Source of the DNA: Cyanophora paradoxa CCMP329
Lineage: Eukaryota > Plantae > Glaucophyta
Reading direction: 5' to 3'
Assembly (NCBI GenBank): GCA_004431415.1
Contig: QPMI01000088.1
Coordinates: 62,001 to 126,000, forward strand
DNA length: 64,000 nt
Numbering within the stretch: position 1 is the first letter of the stretch; each line of letters starts with the position of its first letter. The translations under genes were made by a program, and so were the position numbers. Shown here one piece after another: positions 58,683-64,000 of the stretch. Below the pieces are notes generated by a model. That model was not told the origin of the DNA and did no database searches. It was given only the letters and a program-made list of their open reading frames with translations.

Positions 58683-60443
58683 GGTCGATCGCGCGCATCA
58701 CTCCGCGCAGGAAGCGTCGGCGCGGGGAACGAGCCGGCGCAGGGCGGCGCAGGCGGCTGCCCGCAGCGCCGACAGGTCCGCCGCGAAGGCCCCGCCCAGC
58801 GCGCCACGCTCCATCCCCGCCGTCCGCTCCGCCGCCCGCAGCTGCTCGGCGGCGCCCAGCCGCAGCGTCGCCCGCACGCGGCCGGCGGCGCGCAGCTCGG
58901 AGAAGGGCGCGAGCTGCTGGCTCAGCTGCGCGGCGCAGAGGCGGAGCTTGAAGGGGAGCTGGGCCGGCTCCTGCGTCGCAAAGCGGCCGCGGAGGTGGCC
59001 GGCGTGGGCCTTGAACGCGTCCAGCGCCGCCCGCTGCTGCGCCGGCGAGAGCACGACGACGAAGAGCTCCGCCGCCTCCAGCGCGCCGCCCAGGAGCCCC
59101 AGGGCGCGCCCCGCGGGGGCCCCAGCGCCCCGGGGCTCACCAGCGTCGCCCGCACGCGTAGCCCCGCGGCGCGCGCCGCCTCGCACGCTCGCCGCAGCGG
59201 AGCGTCGTCCGCCGGCCCGTCAGCTCTGCGGCGGGGCGCGGTCAGCGGGGCGCGAGAAGAGGCCGGCGGGGCGGGCGGGGGCACCGAGGCGGACGAGGAG
59301 GAGGCGGAGGGGCGGAGGGCGGGCAGCAGGTCGGCGAGGGCGGCGAGCTGCTCGGCGCCCCGCGCGGTGAGCTCCAGCTCCTCCAGGGCCGGCAGGCGGG
59401 CGAGCCAGGCCAGCTCCCCGCGCTCCAGCGGCGCCCGCCCCCGCACCCGCAGCGCCCGCACGCGCGGCAGCATCGGGGCGCCCTCGGCGGGGGGCGGGGG
59501 AAGGGCGGCGGGGCGGGGCCGTCGGAGGGGCGGGGCAGGCCGAGGCAGAGCTCGCGCAGGTGCTCGTGGAGGCCCAGCTGCGATGCGAGGAACTGCGCGC
59601 GCGCCCGCCTCACAGAGGCCCGGGCGGGGCGGGGCGGGGCGGGGCGGGCGGGGCGGGGCACCTGGACGCCGTCGAGGGGCGTCCAGAGCTCAAGGACCTC
59701 GAGGCGGGGGAGGCTGCGGGCGACGACGGGGGCGGCGCGGAGGAGCCCGCGGGGCAGCCGCAGCTCCGTCAGCGCCCGCAGCGGTTCCAGCGCCGCCGCC
59801 AGGTCCGGCGGCTCGCTGAAGAGGCCCTCGGCTCCGAGACCGAGCCGCGAATCTCCACGGCGGCCAGGCGGCCGCCGGCGCCCGAGGCCGCCGGGCGCAC
59901 GGCGCGCAGCAGGCCGCAGACGTCCTCGCAGTCGGCGAGCGGCGCCTGCGGGCTCCCGAGGTCGACGCGGACCTCCCGCAACGCGCCGGCGAGCGCCCCG
60001 CAGGCGATCTGCAGGAAGGCGCGCAGCCGCACGACGGACGGGCCGCACTCCGGCGCGAGGGTCACGCGCAGGGAGCCCTCGGCCGGCAGCCTGATGGCGC
60101 CCCGCTGCAGGAGCAGCGCTGCGGTCCCCAGCTCCGGGGCGCCCGGTCGCTTGGCGCCGACCTGCGCCAAAGGTCGTCGCGAGCCGCGCCGGGGACGGGC
60201 GGGGCCAAGCGAACGCACGTCAAGGACGGAGCCCAGCGCGCCCTCGCGCGCCGCTTTCTCGATCATCGTCCGCCAGCGACGCGACACGCATCGCATGTAC
60301 CACGCCTCTCGCAGGCCAAGGTAGCCGACGAGCTTGAGGAGAACGTGGTCGTCGATCAGATCCGTGCGCGCTGGACGCGCGGCTGGGGCCGGCCTCGGGG
60401 GCGTCGCATCCACGCCCTCCCGCTTGCGCTTGTTCATGCTCAT
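58683..60443 (-). CDS. F-box protein with LRR-like repeats; 3' end approximate
   Basis: DLIDDHVLLKLVGYL..MRCVSRRWR F-box; LRALTELRL, LPRLEVLEL, LPALEELEL repeats; N-terminal KRKR. Confidence 0.7.
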
Positions 60444-60809
60444 GTGGCGCGTCGAGGCGAACGCGCCCGACTGAACGCGCAGCCGCGGTCCGCTGTTTCA
60501 ATTTTGAGAGTGAATCGCCGGTGCTAAAGAGCTCCGGATCCTACGCGCCGGTGCTGTTGAGCTGGAAAGAGGGCGCCGGAGCCGGCGGCACTCGTGTACC
60601 CGCCCTGGGCGAGGGTACAGGTTGTTCGAGATTCGGGTACAAGAGCGCTTGACGTGGGGGCCCTGGGGGGAGCAAAACACAGTTCGGACATTCCCGAAAT
60701 TCCCGCGTCACGAAAAAAAGTGGGTCGTCGGCTTCTCCCCCTAACTCTCTCACTGAAGTTTGGCTCGCGCAGTCGACCTAGATCTTTCTCCAGCGCAACA
60801 ACAACGAGA

Positions 60810-61172
60810 ATGTGCTCCGCCACCAAGTGGTGCGCTCGCCCGCGGCCCGGCCGCCTCGCCGCGCTGCTCTCAGTTAACGTTCCAGGCCTTCTCGAATCCT
60901 CTCGTCCGGCCTCGTTACTCACGTGCACTGCGTCCCACGCGCAGCTCTCAGTGCGGCAAGGTTTCGTGGGTCGGTGCGTCAAGCCTGCGCAAAGTTGCCC
61001 CGCGCCGCGCTGACTCTCGCGAAGGCTGCGGCATGCACGTTGCGTCGATCATGGCGCGCACTCCCGAGGCTGAGCGCTGCAAGTGCGGTGGTGAGCTGTT
61101 CATTCGCACGCCATATGCGTGGCCGGTTCCTGACCGCGTTGTGCAGCCACCAAGTGGCCCACTGGCAAGTGA
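60810..61172 (+). CDS. 46-aa Cys/His micro-protein in 4 exons (60810-60829, 60945-60973, 61025-61090, 61147-61172)
   Basis: GT-AG splicing gives MCSATKCSQCGKVSWVGCGMHVASIMARTPEAERCKCGATKWPTGK* (141 nt). Confidence 0.75.
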
Positions 61173-61826
61173 GAGCCAGTAGCATCCCTGTACACCACCT
61201 GTTTCAATGTATAGTATGTCGCCATATTTACGCAATTCAAGAACGCTTCTGCTGTCCTTGCAGCGATGAACATGCGCCACGCGCCACGTGCCTCGAGCTC
61301 TCTGCCTGGGCTCGGCGGCCGCGGTGACTCGAGGGCTTGGGGTTCGAGGGTTCAGTGCTGCTGGCTGCGCGTGCGCGCGCTCGCAGCGGCCCGGCAGCCG
61401 CCGGCGTGGGCCCGCGGGGTGCTGCAGCGTTGAGCCCCTCCTTCGAATTCCGGGGTCCTGCATGTCTCGTCCCTGCAGCTGGCTGGCCATGCCAACTTCA
61501 AGGAGACACGGGATCTGCTGGTCTATAGGGGCACACACGGCTCGCCGGGCCGGCTGCTGCAGAGCCGCCGGCAGCGTGAGCCCCCGCGGCCGAGCTCGAG
61601 GCCGCTCTTTCCCCCGCGGCGGGGCCCTGGGCCTCTGGATCTGCCGCCGGCGCCTGCTGCTGGACCCCATTAATTATAATGCTCTGGACGGCCTCGACAG
61701 AATGCGAGATACGTCGACCCCGGCCGGGGATTCCCGGAATCTGCAGCTTTTGAAAAGAATTCAGACATACTGGATCTCTGGATTCCTGATATAATAATCT
61801 GGATACGTAGGTAGGATCGCCAGTAC

Positions 61827-63623
61827 TCAGCGGGCGTCAGCGGGGCTGCAGGACGAGGCCCGCGAGGCGGCCTGGGAGGGCCTCCTCCCCAGCCCCAGCC
61901 CCCGCCCCCGCCCCCGCCTGCTCCCGATCCCTCGACGGCCTCCGCGCCCCCGCCCCCGCCCCGCCGCTCGAGCCCCCTCCCGCCGCCGGCAGCGGCGGCG
62001 CCGCGCCGGCGCCGGCGCCGCTGGGCCTGCGCGGGGCGCGATCAGAAGGCGGGAGAGAGCCGTGCAGTGGGCCCGCCCGCCCGCGCCGCGGCGGACCTCC
62101 TCTGGAGGTGGGCGGCTGGGCGGGGTGGGGCGCGCCGCTGCCGGAGGGCCTGCGGGCGGGGTGAGCGCGTGGGAGGGGGTCGGGGCGGGGCCCCCGGGCT
62201 CGCCGCCTGGCCCCTGTGGACGATGTGGAGGCGTGGCCGGCGCCGGCGGTGCGGGGGGCGGGGAGGGGGGCGGCATGGCTGCCCGCGGCGGCGGAGGAGG
62301 AGGAGGAGGAGGTGCGGCGCCGGGTGCGGGAGAGGTCCATGGGGAAGGGGCTCGCGCTCATGTACGCCCTCACGTCCCCGTTCGCCCCTGCGCCTCGGGC
62401 GAGCGGCTCGGGCCAGGCTCGGGGGGTGCCGAAGGTCGGGGGGTACCGGCGTCGAGCATGGCGAGGAAGTAGGCGGAGAGTGCGGGGAGCGCGCGGTCGT
62501 CCCCGGCCACCAGCTGCTCGCGTACCCCCGGGGGGTTAGGCCGGATCGGCGGCGGGCGGGGGTACAGGTACGAGCCTGCTCCTTCTCCCAGGGGGGTACA
62601 ATTAGGGCGTTCTGCATGTGGTTCCGGACCTTCGGGTGGTGCCGCGGGCGTGAGGCCGGGCGGTGTTCGGGGGGTACGAGTGGCAAGGACGAGGGTACAT
62701 CGTTGATTCCGCGCGGGGCACACGTGCACCTTCCGAGGCGTGTTGTCGATGAGGATCGTGTTGTTGGCGTCGAAGCGGCCTGGTTGAGGGGGTGACGTCG
62801 ACGGGGGAGGGGTGCAAGCACGGCAGGGACGAGGCCGCTCGTACCCTGGCACACTGGGGCCGCCCAGACGCGGGGCAACGAACGCATTGTGTCCCATTTC
62901 TGGGGACCAGCTTAAGCCGCCGGGTCGCAGGCGACCGGCGGCCGCGGGCGACCCGACAGCGCGGGTTGCAGCTGGCCGGACGGTGCGGGTACGTGCCTTC
63001 TCGCCGTGCGGGTCGCGGATGCTGTAGTTGCGGTCGAAGAGGGCGAAGACGCGGGTGGCGGGGTCCGTCGGGGGGCACAGCGCCTCGATCACCGGGCGCG
63101 CGTTCTCCGCCCTGCGCAAGCGGCTGCAGCTCAGCCCGAGGCGGCGCTGGGCGGCGAGGTCCCGCAAGGAGCTTTCAGGGGCATAGCAGCTGTGGCCTTG
63201 CGCGGCTCGGTCTAGCGCTCGCGCGGGGCGCGGGGCGCGGGGCGCACGAGATGGACGTGTAGAACGCGAGGGCGCAGCGGGGGTGCGCCTGCAGCGACGC
63301 CAGGAGCTCCCTCACTCCGGGCCGCAAGTATACTTTCCTGCACGGCCGCCCGCTGAGCCCGGGCCGGGGGCGGCGGTTAGCGGGCCGGGCCGCGGTCGCA
63401 CTTCTTGTTCCAGCGCAGCTCCGGCTCGATCGGCGCACGCGGAATAAGGTTCTCGGTGCGCAGGATGAGCGTCTCGCTGCAGCTCGCGTCAGCATGCAAT
63501 GTGTGCGCCGCGGGCGGCGCGCCTGAGGTCGAAGAGGATGAGAACGCTTCCGGGCGGGACAGGCGGTGCCGCGGTCCGGCTGGGATCAAACGGATGGATC
63601 GATATCTCTGCGGGTGCGGCCAT
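61827..63623 (-). CDS. FCP1/SCP (NIF)-like HAD-family protein; 3' end approximate
   Basis: LILFDLSETLI, VYLRPGVRELL, LAFYTS, NTILIDNTPRK, NALIVPPW. Confidence 0.75.
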
Positions 63624-64000
63624 GCCGGCCGCCGGTGTCCGCCGCTGGATGTTGGAAGCCGCGGCTTGGCTGGGGTACGCTGCGGTAAAGCGCCACTTCA
63701 ATTCCGCGAAGTCACCTTCCGGCGAGCGTGCGCGCGCTTATTCGCGCATGTGAGCATCGCGCGTCCAATTTGAGTGCTTCGATTTGACCTGGTGCGAGCT
63801 CCGCACATCCCGTTGCCGGCAGGCTGCAGCTGTCAAACTCATTCGCGCTCGCAGCGGGCCGAGTTATGGAAAGAAGGCGATATGGAAAGAAGATGCGCGC
63901 GTCCGCACAAGCGTGCGTGCCCTGTGCCGACCCATTTGGAATGGGCGCGCGCGGCCATGCATATGCGCAGTCATTCGCGTATGCATACGCAGAGAGGCCG

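Noticed and set aside
63160-63205. Hairpin (CGCAAGG/CCTTGCG) in a longer intron of the HAD gene as an H/ACA snoRNA
   Set aside because: Single short stem without a convincing H or ACA box or target pocket

Overview
A gene-dense, intron-rich, very GC-rich eukaryotic nuclear segment. Most ORFs in the supplied track are shadow or intron-spanning ORFs. After manual splicing I support about 22 protein genes: Afi1/MesA-like (5' partial), a CEP164-like WW protein, a plastid HugZ/GluTR-binding-like protein, MRE11, a CaaX-tailed orphan, multidomain acetyl-CoA carboxylase, CYP51, POLD4, an arrestin-fold protein, SIVA-like, RABGGTA, RUVBL2, NTF2, mitochondrial RRF, plastid LMW-PTP, CFAP77, an OTU deubiquitinase, GAS8/DRC4, a 5xLysM-M23 peptidoglycan hydrolase, an F-box protein, a 46-aa Cys/His micro-protein and an FCP1/SCP-like HAD protein, plus a few orphans. 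There are two identical plant-type tRNA-Asp(GTC) genes. Phe-initiated transit peptides (MAFV, MQFV), flagellar genes and an intron-containing peptidoglycan hydrolase suggest a glaucophyte such as Cyanophora (inference). Most notable non-coding signals: (1) four box C/D snoRNA candidates with 18S rRNA antisense guides in one oversized ACC intron, three of them tandemly amplified; (2) a ~350-bp tRNA-Asp cassette with conserved flanks, present twice in inverted orientation, each inside a head-to-head promoter region; (3) very frequent GC-AG introns (7 of 14 in GAS8); (4) a GGG(G)TAC motif upstream of most genes; (5) alternating CpG-rich and CpG-poor gene domains. Gene models were spliced by eye, so termini in low-complexity GC-rich stretches are approximate.
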